DNA of 25,280 nt from Candidatus Aenigmatarchaeota archaeon. Its GTDB lineage: Archaea; Aenigmatarchaeota; Aenigmatarchaeia; JACPZZ01. Location of the stretch: positions 1-25,280 of the forward strand of contig JAZDLW010000031.1 of assembly GCA_043801595.1 (NCBI GenBank). The letters run 5' to 3'. The notes beneath the pieces were generated by a model. That model did not search any database, was not told the DNA's origin, and saw only the letters and a list, made by a program, of their open reading frames with translations. Below are positions 17,816-25,280 of the stretch, in pieces. Numbering within the stretch: position 1 is the stretch's first letter; every line of letters begins with the position of its first letter. A program made the position numbers and the translations under genes.

Positions 17816-18814
17816 ATGCTTACGCTAGACGAGATAACGAACAAGATATCCGAGCAAACCGGCCTTGATAATACGCTGATACAAGGCAAGATAGAGGATA
17901 AAAAAGTGGAATTATCCGGGCTAATATCGTCGGAAGGCGCTGCGCACCTTGTCGCACGCGATCTTGGTGTTGACCTGCTAAAACGCATTAACATACGATT
18001 AGAGGTAAAAAACATTGTTCCTGGAATGCGGAGCGTTGAGATAACCGCGCGCGTTGCGAAGATTTATCCTACGCGAGAGTTTGAACGCAATGGTAACAAA
18101 GGCAGGGTTGCGAATATTGTTTTGTGGGATCCTACCGGAACCGTGCGCATGTCGCTGTGGAATGACGAAATAAAAATCATAGAAACGCTGAAAGAGGGCG
18201 ATGTTGTAAAAGTCTACGGCTACAGCAAAGAGGACAACAGGGGCAGTGCGGAATTGCGCCTGGGAAACCGCGGAAAGATCGAAAAAACCGATGTTGATTT
18301 TCCTGCAATCGAAGAAATCCATGTGCAGGAAAAACGGTCAAACATATCGGAATTAAGGGAAGGCTCGATAACAAAGATCCGCGGCGCGATTATGCAAATT
18401 TTTGAATCAGACCCGTTCTATGAAATCTGTCCGAAATGCGGGATACGCGTACGATCAAACGAAAATAAATTCTTCTGCGACGAACACCAGTATGTGACTC
18501 CGGATTATTCGATGGTGATATCCGGTGTTATTGACGACGGTTCGATGAGCATGCGGGTCGTATTTTTCCGCGAAACGGCTGAAAAACTTCTCGGCGTGAC
18601 AGTAAAAGATGCGCTTGCTCTTGCAAAAGACAAGATGAACCGCACTGCCGCCATTACCGAAAACGCAGGGAAACTGCTGGGAAAGGAATTTATATTTTCA
18701 GGAAGAGTAAAGAAAAATGCGATGTTTGACAGGATTGAGATGATAGTTTCCGACATCGAAACTGTCAATGCCGCAGAAGAGGCGAATAAAATTTTAGTTG
18801 CGATGGCTGGTTGA
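17816..18814 (+). CDS. Replication protein A-like subunit (N-terminal helical domain, two OB folds, Zn ribbon)
   Basis: GLIS.EGAA.LVA..LGV; OB motif [16 protein letters not shown]...CDEH zinc ligands; IDDGS..MRVVFF. Confidence 0.88.
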   Translation: MLTLDEITNKISEQTGLDNTLIQGKIEDKKVELSGLISSEGAAHLVARDLGVDLLKRINIRLEVKNIVPGMRSVEITARVAKIYPTREFERNGNKGRVANIVLWDPTGTVRMSLWNDEIKIIETLKEGDVVKVYGYSKEDNRGSAELRLGNRGKIEKTDVDFPAIEEIHVQEKRSNISELREGSITKIRGAIMQIFESDPFYEICPKCGIRVRSNENKFFCDEHQYVTPDYSMVISGVIDDGSMSMRVVFFRETAEKLLGVTVKDALALAKDKMNRTAAITENAGKLLGKEFIFSGRVKKNAMFDRIEMIVSDIETVNAAEEANKILVAMAG

Positions 18815-18815
18815 T

Positions 18816-19754
18816 ATGAAGAAGCTTGAACTTGAGGATTTACCGGGTGTCGGCCCGAAAGTCGCGGAAAAATTAAGAGAAGTCGGTTTTACCGATTTAA
18901 TGTCTGTTGCCGCTTCGTCATCGGGCGAACTTGCAAATGTCGCCGATGTCGGAGAAATAACAGCTTCGAAAATAATCGAAGCCGCGAGAAACGCGCTTGA
19001 CATGGGTTTCGACACTGCTGAAAAGCTAAAAGAAAAAAGAAAGACCGTCGGTTTTATCACAACAGGTTCCAAAGCGTTAGACGCTCTTCTTGGAGGCGGC
19101 ATTGAAACACAAGCGCTGTCCGAAGCGTACGGCGCTTTCGGAAGCGGAAAAAGTCAGCTGGGTTTTCAGTTACTCGTAAATGTGCAACTGCCAATCGAAA
19201 AAGGCGGCCTGAACGGGAAAGGAATGATGATTGATTGTGAAAACACATTCCGTCCCTCGCGCGTTGAACAGCTTGCCAAGGGGCTAGGCCTGGATCCGCT
19301 GAAAACGCTGAAAAATATTCTCGTGGCTAGGGCGTTCAATTCGGATCATCAGATGTTATTGGCCGAAAAGGCCGCTGACCTGATAGAAAAAAATGATATC
19401 AAGCTGGTTGTTGTTGATGGTTTGATGTCGAATTTTCGCGTAGACTACACAGGACGAGGGACGTTATCGGAGCGGCAGCAGAAATTAAACCGACACCTTC
19501 ATCACCTGCTGAAGATGGCCGACACCCATAACGTAGCAGTTTATGTCACAAACCAGGTCATGGCACGTCCGGATATGCTTTTCGGAGACCCGACAGCGCC
19601 CATCGGAGGGCATATATTGGGGCATGCGTCAACAGTCAGATTCTACCTTAGAAAAAGCAAAGAGGACAAACGAATCGCGCGATTAATAGACTCACCGCAC
19701 TTGCCTGAGGGCGAGGCTGTGTTTCGCGTAACGCCGGAAGGCGTAAAGGATTAA
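18816..19754 (+). CDS. radA: DNA repair and recombination protein RadA
   Basis: N-terminal Hh[10 protein letters not shown]; Walker [53 protein letters not shown] at 18816. Confidence 0.98.
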   Translation: MKKLELEDLPGVGPKVAEKLREVGFTDLMSVAASSSGELANVADVGEITASKIIEAARNALDMGFDTAEKLKEKRKTVGFITTGSKALDALLGGGIETQALSEAYGAFGSGKSQLGFQLLVNVQLPIEKGGLNGKGMMIDCENTFRPSRVEQLAKGLGLDPLKTLKNILVARAFNSDHQMLLAEKAADLIEKNDIKLVVVDGLMSNFRVDYTGRGTLSERQQKLNRHLHHLLKMADTHNVAVYVTNQVMARPDMLFGDPTAPIGGHILGHASTVRFYLRKSKEDKRIARLIDSPHLPEGEAVFRVTPEGVKD

Positions 19755-19788
19755 CCAAGATTATTAAGTCAGAAGCGCTAATTCTATT

Positions 19789-19829
19789 TGTCGGATACCG
19801 ACACTTCGACTTGTCGATGTGGACCGACA
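19789..19829. repeat. TGTCG(G/A) motif cluster B at the promoter of the wHTH coiled-coil gene
   Basis: TGTCGG-ATA-CCGACA (19789-19803), TCGACTTGTCGA (19806-19817), CCGACA (19824-19829). Confidence 0.65.
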
Positions 19830-19842
19830 GTTGGCAGTCAAG

Positions 19843-20475
19843 ATGGGCGTAATAGGATATATCAAATCCTTGTTTTACGGCAAAAAACTTACGCCTGCAG
19901 CCGCACAAACACAGCTTGCTCAGCCTGTTGAACCGATTGAACAGAACGTAAAAATGACTCCTTCCGAATTTGAAGAGTTTCTTCGTCAGGGGGGCAACAT
20001 GGACTATGCTATAAACAAGGTCGAGAGTATGGAAGAGCGGATAAAGGCGATTTCCGAACACCCGATCCAGAAAAAGGTCATCGAACACGAACTATTGTCA
20101 GGCATGCTCGAAACCATGAAGGACATGAACACAAAGCTGTCCTATTTACCCGAGATAAACGAGCGCGTTAATTCATTACCAACTCTTGCGGAAACATACT
20201 CGCTGCTCCAAAAAATGACGCCTGGGGCGCCTACTAATGTCCAGAAAGAGCTTGAACAAATGGTCGGAAAGGTCGAATCGCAGCTCGATGAAGCGTATTT
20301 GCTGTTATTAAAGGGAAAGGGAGAGATGACAGCGGAACAGGTCTCGCAGGAGTTTAAAATATCGCGCAACACCGCTTCGGAACGATTAAATAAGTTGTGC
20401 GATCTGGGAAAAACAAAAAAAACCAGGAAAAACAGAAAGGTTTTCTTTACCCTCACTTCCGAAGGCGTGGTTTAA
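19843..20475 (+). CDS. Uncharacterised protein: N-terminal amphipathic helix, coiled-coil, C-terminal winged HTH
   Basis: MGVIGYIKSLF N-terminus; helical heptad-like middle; MTAEQVSQEFKISRNTASERLNKLCDLGK.KK.RK.RKVFF HTH plus wing. ATG at 19843 preferred over GTG at 19819. Confidence 0.8.
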   Translation: MGVIGYIKSLFYGKKLTPAAAQTQLAQPVEPIEQNVKMTPSEFEEFLRQGGNMDYAINKVESMEERIKAISEHPIQKKVIEHELLSGMLETMKDMNTKLSYLPEINERVNSLPTLAETYSLLQKMTPGAPTNVQKELEQMVGKVESQLDEAYLLLLKGKGEMTAEQVSQEFKISRNTASERLNKLCDLGKTKKTRKNRKVFFTLTSEGVV

Positions 20476-20521
20476 AACTTAGAAAAAATTCTAATCAAAA
20501 AAACTTCTTCCTAAGAAGTTT

Positions 20522-20788
20522 TTAGGCAACTTCTTCTTCGCTGATTATAACGAAGTCGCCGACCGACTTGACCGAAGAGAACGGTATTAAACGTCGCCCC
20601 TTCTTGTCTTCCTGCAGGTTCAACCCATCTGCGTGTTTAGTCGGGTCGACCATTATCAGGTTCATCAGTTCGCCGGATTCGGTTATGAAGCTGACATCGC
20701 CGACTGTTCCGAATTTTCTTCCGGTTTCCTCGGAAACAACGACTTTACCTACAAGGTTTCTTGCACGTATTCTCTCTTCGCTTGCCAT
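20522..20788 (-). CDS. cdpB: PRC-barrel protein, CdpB-like cell division protein
   Basis: A..L.GK.VV....G...G.V.D......SG.L..L...IPFSSVKSVGDFVII stand-alone PRC barrel; SD GGAGGT. Assignment to CdpB is by family resemblance. Confidence 0.75.
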   Translation of the reverse strand: MASEERIRARNLVGKVVVSEETGRKFGTVGDVSFITESGELMNLIMVDPTKHADGLNLQEDKKGRRLIPFSSVKSVGDFVIISEEEVA

Positions 20789-20850
20789 TTTTTTAACCTC
20801 CGATAATCAAAACTAAAATAATAATAGGCTCCGATACTTTAAATACTTCC

Positions 20851-21924
20851 CTAGGTTATTGCTGTTATTGTCCTCACTTTCGGAGAAATTTTGTAAACGA
20901 ATCCTTTGCCGCGTTTTTCCCTTAGTATGCAATCCGTGTCCATCAAGCGCCGCAGGATGTTGTTCACAGACCTCGATGCATGGTCTTCGGACTTGTAGTC
21001 TTCCACGCCGATTTTTGCCGCTATTTCCGACGGGTTCAACAAACCCTGCCCGGATAAAAGTTTCAGTATCTCTTTTTGTTTTTCCGGCAGCGACTCTATG
21101 AAATTCACGCTTGGCGCGCTTATTTCGGGCGGCCTTACGGCATCGGCGGCGCCGGCATCGATGATCTGAATTTTCTTTTCAGCGGCCTCGCGCGTCAGGT
21201 CGTCGCACATTTTCAAGACGTTGCGCGGAAAGCCGCCGGTTTTCTGGTAGATAATGTCGAGCGCTTCTTTTGAAAACGGACCCGTGCCTGTTCCGCCAGC
21301 AAACTCTATCCGCTTCTTTACAAGCGCTTCAACTTCTTCACGTGACAGTGACGTTAACTCGACGCGACTTGTGACCCTGTTCAACAATGTTTCAAGTTTT
21401 TCTTCCAGGACTGTTTCAAGAACCGACAATCCGGCGATCACAACGGAAATATTGTTGACCTGATCGGCAATCGTTCGCAACCACTCCAAGACAGGCAGCG
21501 AAGCCTCGTGACATTCGTCGACCAGAAGAACCATCTTCCTGTTCCTGAGTTTTTTGTTAACGTAGACCGGAAGTTCATACAACGTAACGCGGTCACGTGA
21601 AAGCAATCTGTCGAAAAATGAAGGTCGCAGAACGGATTTGAATATGTGAACGAAATCTTCCGGGTTCTGCGGCGGCTTTGTAATGTACAACACCAGATAA
21701 TCATCTTTAACAGTCTCGATCATCTTTTTCAGGAGCGTTGTTTTGCCTGACCCTGTCGGACCTATCAACAGTGTGACTTTTTCGTTGTTCTGGGCGTTCC
21801 GAACCAATGTTGCCAGCTCCGATGAATAACCTACAAAGAGCTCTGGCATGATCTTCAATGAGAACGGGTTTTCCTTCCAGGATTGGGGCTGGTTAGCGTT
21901 TGCGGTCGTATCAACGATGTTCAC
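20851..21924 (-). CDS. AAA+ ATPase (ExeA/AAA_22-like) with C-terminal winged HTH
   Basis: NPF motif, Walker A GPTGSGKT, Walker B LLVDE, arginine finger LLNRV, sensor GGFPRNV; C-terminal wHTH (LPEKQKEIL..L...NPSEIA...SVNNILRRL...REKRGKGFVY). Confidence 0.88.
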   Translation of the reverse strand: MNIVDTTANANQPQSWKENPFSLKIMPELFVGYSSELATLVRNAQNNEKVTLLIGPTGSGKTTLLKKMIETVKDDYLVLYITKPPQNPEDFVHIFKSVLRPSFFDRLLSRDRVTLYELPVYVNKKLRNRKMVLLVDECHEASLPVLEWLRTIADQVNNISVVIAGLSVLETVLEEKLETLLNRVTSRVELTSLSREEVEALVKKRIEFAGGTGTGPFSKEALDIIYQKTGGFPRNVLKMCDDLTREAAEKKIQIIDAGAADAVRPPEISAPSVNFIESLPEKQKEILKLLSGQGLLNPSEIAAKIGVEDYKSEDHASRSVNNILRRLMDTDCILREKRGKGFVYKISPKVRTITAIT

Positions 21925-22170
21925 GTTACTTCACTTAAGTAATATCACATTCACGTGAATATAAATTCATCGACGTGAAGACACGTGAAGATACGTTACC
22001 TTTAAATATCGGTAACGTGAAGTAACGTAAGGTAACGTGAAGTTAAACACGAGAATTGGGCGGTAAAAGTGGAAACTAGATACTTTCTGGCAATCGAGGT
22101 GGATGATCACGTGAAGGTTCACGTGAAGGAGCTGCAAGATCGCGTGAAGGACTGTGAAGCAGACGTGAAG
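21920..22170. repeat. Iteron-like ACGTGAAG repeat array with roughly 10-bp phasing
   Basis: Exact ACGTGAAG at 21973, 21983, 22015, 22035, 22109, 22121, 22163; variants near 22025, 22142, 22152; inverted copies at 21920-21934 and 21993-22000; palindrome ATTCACGTGAAT at 21949-21960. Confidence 0.92.
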
Positions 22171-22641
22171 CTTGTAGAGCCGGAAAACCTCCATTTTACG
22201 GTCAAATTCCTTGGTAACCTGGATCAAACAACGATAAGACGGGTTATTGACGTATTAACACCCCCTCTGGAGTGTGAATTCACTTCTAAAGTGAGCGTTC
22301 AGGGTATCGGTTCCTTCGGGCCTTCTTCGTCTCCTAGGATAATATGGGCGGGTGTTAGCACCGGAAAACCATACCTTGCCGGGCTTTTTGGGGTAATTTC
22401 CGAGAAAATCAACGATTTAGGCCTAAAAACCGATGAAAAAGAGCAAATTCCCCACATTACCATAGGCCGCGTGAGGTCGGATAAGAATATAAGCAAGCTG
22501 AAAGAAATTATATCAAAGGAAAGTGAGACTTTCTTCGGAGAAACCGAGATAACCGCGATAAAGTTAAAGACAAGCCGCCTTACTCCAAGCGGGCCGGAGT
22601 ACTCTGATGTTCACGTGTTTTTGTTGAAACGAAGACCGTGA
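22069..22641 (+). CDS. thpR: RNA 2',3'-cyclic phosphodiesterase (2H family, LigT/ThpR)
   Basis: R.FLAI, NLHFTVKFLG, PRIIWAGV, PHITIGRV and S.LTPSGP.Y motifs. Confidence 0.94.
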   Translation: METRYFLAIEVDDHVKVHVKELQDRVKDCEADVKLVEPENLHFTVKFLGNLDQTTIRRVIDVLTPPLECEFTSKVSVQGIGSFGPSSSPRIIWAGVSTGKPYLAGLFGVISEKINDLGLKTDEKEQIPHITIGRVRSDKNISKLKEIISKESETFFGETEITAIKLKTSRLTPSGPEYSDVHVFLLKRRP

Positions 22642-22669
22642 AGCAAATTTTTGGTTGTTTTCTAGGAAG

Positions 22670-22750
22670 TGTCGATCTGTCGGCTAGTGTCGGATATATC
22701 GATGACAATTCAAAGTTGGGTGAGACACCTATATTGACTGGAAACCGACA
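22670..22750. repeat. TGTCG(G/A) motif cluster C between convergent thpR and dnaG
   Basis: TGTCGA 22670, TGTCGG 22678, TGTCGG 22688, TATCGA 22697, CCGACA 22745. Confidence 0.6.
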
Positions 22751-22853
22751 ATTCGCATGTAATTTTGAATGCATAAATAGGCTATATATAACGCTAAAGC
22801 TAATAATAAAGAAAAATAGCCCGCATCTGGGCTAAATAAGGCAGATTATTACT

Positions 22854-24176
22854 TTATTCCGCTTTTTTACCCAACAGCGCGGCTTTGGTTATCACGATAA
22901 CGCTGGTCCTTGGCAAACGATCGCGTTCCATGCCTACGAGAAACTTCACACTGTTAGCTTCGGCTATTTCCGTTAATTCCTTCGTAACCATACCGTCAAG
23001 GACTATGGCGTGGGCGCGAATGCCTGACAACGATCCTGCAATGTCTTTAGCAGGAACACGACCAAGTAGGTTCAGGCTGTCATCGTAGATGCATGCCGCT
23101 CTTGTGCCGACAAGCTCCTCCAAAGACTCCTTGAATATGTCAGCGTACTTCTTTGGTATCTTGATTGTCCGCTTCGCATCGTCGCGGTCATGCCTCTCTG
23201 TCATAGGTTCGTGGAAAGGTTTCGCCTCAACAGGCTCTGTTGGTTCCGAAGATTCGGTCGGCTGGTATTCTGTTCTTGGTATCATTGGTTCGGGCCGCGG
23301 CCTAAATTCGGTTCTTCTTTCCTGGTAGTCCGACTTTTGGCCAAAGGACTCCTTTCTCTCAAGCCTCAACTGCTCCATTGAAATCTTTTCACGAAGCGCT
23401 TTGTACACTTCTTTTTTTGTCAACTCTTCGACTTCTTTGCCTTGCGGCGCAAAAGCCACATAGTCGATGTCGGTAAGCTGAAGCAGTTCTTTCAAAATCA
23501 GCTCTCCGCCACGGTCGCCATCGAGGAACACTGTAACTTCCTTTTCCTTTACAATGTCGCGAATTTCGGGCGGTATTGATGTTCCGCCAACAGCGACTGC
23601 GTTTTTGATACCATTCTTCAACAGATTCAAAACATCGGCGCGACCTTCGACAAGCGTTATCGCGTCCGACTTCGCTACGTCCGGACCTGCGGGCAAACCC
23701 TTGAATACTGTTATCTCGCCTGTCCTGACTTCCTGTTTAATTTGTTCTGTTAGAACGTCTGATTCTGGCAGCGAATTGTATACCAGATCTTTCAATATCC
23801 GCTTTGCTGTCTCGACAATGTATTTTCTCTTGGAAATACGCACGTCTTCGACTTTTGTGATTTTGATCGTGGCTGCGCAAGGCCCGACACGCTCTATTGT
23901 TTCAATAGCAGCGGCGATTAACGCAGTTTCGGAAGCGTCCATAGACGACGGTATGATTATTCTTCCGTATGATTTTGCGTTTGATGAATTGATGAAAACC
24001 TCGATGCGTCCTATGCGGCCGGTTCGCTGCAATTCCCGCAATTCCAGCTCTGTTCCCAGCAGACCTTCCGTTTGCCCGAATATTGCGCCGATAATATCGG
24101 GCTTTTCTACAACCCCTTCAGCGTCTATCTGCGCTTCTATCGTATATTTTGTTGTTGACTGCGGCAATTTTGCCAT
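22854..24176 (-). CDS. dnaG: Archaeal DnaG-like protein (TOPRIM; exosome-associated in characterised archaea)
   Basis: GVVEKPDIIGAIFGQTEGLLG, LQRTGRIGRI, ETIERVGPC, VEGRADV.NL, FLDGDRGG, EVEEL motifs. ATG at 24176 preferred (24185 possible). Confidence 0.97.
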   Translation of the reverse strand: MAKLPQSTTKYTIEAQIDAEGVVEKPDIIGAIFGQTEGLLGTELELRELQRTGRIGRIEVFINSSNAKSYGRIIIPSSMDASETALIAAAIETIERVGPCAATIKITKVEDVRISKRKYIVETAKRILKDLVYNSLPESDVLTEQIKQEVRTGEITVFKGLPAGPDVAKSDAITLVEGRADVLNLLKNGIKNAVAVGGTSIPPEIRDIVKEKEVTVFLDGDRGGELILKELLQLTDIDYVAFAPQGKEVEELTKKEVYKALREKISMEQLRLERKESFGQKSDYQERRTEFRPRPEPMIPRTEYQPTESSEPTEPVEAKPFHEPMTERHDRDDAKRTIKIPKKYADIFKESLEELVGTRAACIYDDSLNLLGRVPAKDIAGSLSGIRAHAIVLDGMVTKELTEIAEANSVKFLVGMERDRLPRTSVIVITKAALLGKKAE

Positions 24177-24382
24177 TTGAATCATTCCTCCATGATTATT
24201 CGGATAGCTTGCTATCCGATCGATTAACCAGAAAAAACCTTACAAACCCAAAATCGGCCTGCCACAAACCTTCAACCGCACTGTGCAATGTTTTGCGCGG
24301 TTGTTTAATGAGTATGAACGTTGTTTCCGGTGTAAATCTAAGATCTTATGATATCGCGGGTTTATAAGGATTGCGGTAGCCG

Positions 24383-25162
24383 TTACATCCCGAGTTTTTC
24401 CGCCCCAAAAACCACACATCGCATTCCGACAGAACCGTAAATTATCTCATTGTTGAAAAACTGCGGCTTCTCGTTTTCGGAAGCGCCCACAGCGTAAAGC
24501 AAAGGCATGTAATGGTCGTTCGTAGGATGCGCCATTGATGCTGACGGATATTTCAGATAGTTAATAAGTTCTTCGTAATTTCTTTTCACCAGATTGGTTT
24601 TTACAACATTATCGAAATCTGTTGCCCAGTTATACGGGTCTGCGTCTGGATCCGCCATTGCAAGATTATGAACAATGTTCCCGCTTCCGATAATCAGAAC
24701 GCCCTCGTTCCGCAATTGCGATAACTCCTTCCCGATATCAAAAGCCTTTTGTAATGAGAGTCTGTAATCGAGGCTAAGCTGCACAGTAGGTATGTCCGCT
24801 TTAGGATACATGTTTCGCAACACTGACCATGTTCCATGGTCGAGACCCCACTCGCTGTCCGATTCAATGTTGACTGTTCGAACAATATCTTTTATTTTAT
24901 TGACAAACGCCGGAGAACCGCTGGCCGGATATTTTATTGTGTAAAGGTCTTTCGGAAAACCGTAGAAATCGTGAATTGTTCTCGGCTTCTCCATTGCCGT
25001 TATCGCTGTGCCTTCGGTCAGCCAGTGCGCAGAAACGCATAGAATCGTTTTCGGTTTCGGAATCTTTTTAGCGAGTTTTTTCCAGTTATTGCTGAATATG
25101 TTATCCTCAACAGCGTTCATCGGCGAGCCGTGCCCGATGAACAACACAGGCATTTTCGGCAT
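24383..25162 (-). CDS. ygiD: 4,5-DOPA dioxygenase-type extradiol ring-cleavage dioxygenase (LigB family)
   Basis: PVLFIGHGSPMNA, SAHW, PRTIHDFYGFP, WGLDHGTW, GSGNIVHNL and AHPT.DHY.PL motifs. Confidence 0.93.
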   Translation of the reverse strand: MPKMPVLFIGHGSPMNAVEDNIFSNNWKKLAKKIPKPKTILCVSAHWLTEGTAITAMEKPRTIHDFYGFPKDLYTIKYPASGSPAFVNKIKDIVRTVNIESDSEWGLDHGTWSVLRNMYPKADIPTVQLSLDYRLSLQKAFDIGKELSQLRNEGVLIIGSGNIVHNLAMADPDADPYNWATDFDNVVKTNLVKRNYEELINYLKYPSASMAHPTNDHYMPLLYAVGASENEKPQFFNNEIIYGSVGMRCVVFGAEKLGM

Positions 25163-25280
25163 ACTATGATAAACAAAATCCGATTAATAAATTTTTCGCG
25201 GATGCCAACAGGATAAACGCATACAAACGAATAAAATCATATTTTTATTTTTCCGTCCGCAATGGCTTTTGCCAATTCAC

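Noticed and set aside
20851..21924. Canonical Orc1/Cdc6 call
   Set aside because: The domain layout matches, but the motifs (NPF, DECH, GGFPR) look ExeA/AAA_22-like and typical Cdc6 signatures are not evident.
21920..22170. CRISPR array
   Set aside because: Units are 8-10 bp with no 30-40 bp unique spacers, and no cas genes are present.
22638..22835. 65-aa ORF after thpR
   Set aside because: No motif or convincing composition; it spans the TGTCG cluster and an AT-rich convergent gap.
394..25042. Numerous antisense or alternate-frame ORFs in the supplied track (for example 7481-8167, 10880-11503, 23554-24180)
   Set aside because: They overlap well-supported genes and have no recognisable motifs; treated as shadow ORFs.
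25214..25224. TAAACGCATAC identical to 8523-8533
   Set aside because: A single 11-bp match without the palindrome is plausible by chance in 25 kb.

Overview
Archaeal chromosomal window with no integrase, transposase, CRISPR array or rRNA. Gene content and compactness suggest a DPANN-type lineage (inference only). From left to right it holds: a single-OB SSB, a membrane thioredoxin-fold protein, two micro-ORFs missing from the ORF track, and an ATP-cone/PD-(D/E)XK nuclease; a pair of large surface glycoproteins; tRNA-Gln(CUG) with a non-canonical 28-nt intron at 21/22; pyrH bracketed by a repeated 29-bp palindrome; an NAD cluster (nadM, SDR, DUF1653, nadE); a three-gene accessory block; two wHTH regulators between AT-rich blocks; DUF373; a DNA-processing/cell-division cluster (histone, RPA, radA, a membrane-helix/coiled-coil/wHTH protein, PRC-barrel CdpB-like protein, AAA+-wHTH ATPase, thpR, dnaG); and ygiD. 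The most striking unexplained signal is a dense, roughly 10-bp phased ACGTGAAG repeat array upstream of the AAA+-wHTH gene that runs in frame into thpR. A second motif (TGTCGR) clusters in three intergenic regions, one at the promoter of the membrane-helix wHTH gene. Together these suggest a candidate chromosome replication/segregation module linked to cell division. All family calls come from motif recognition by eye, not database searches.
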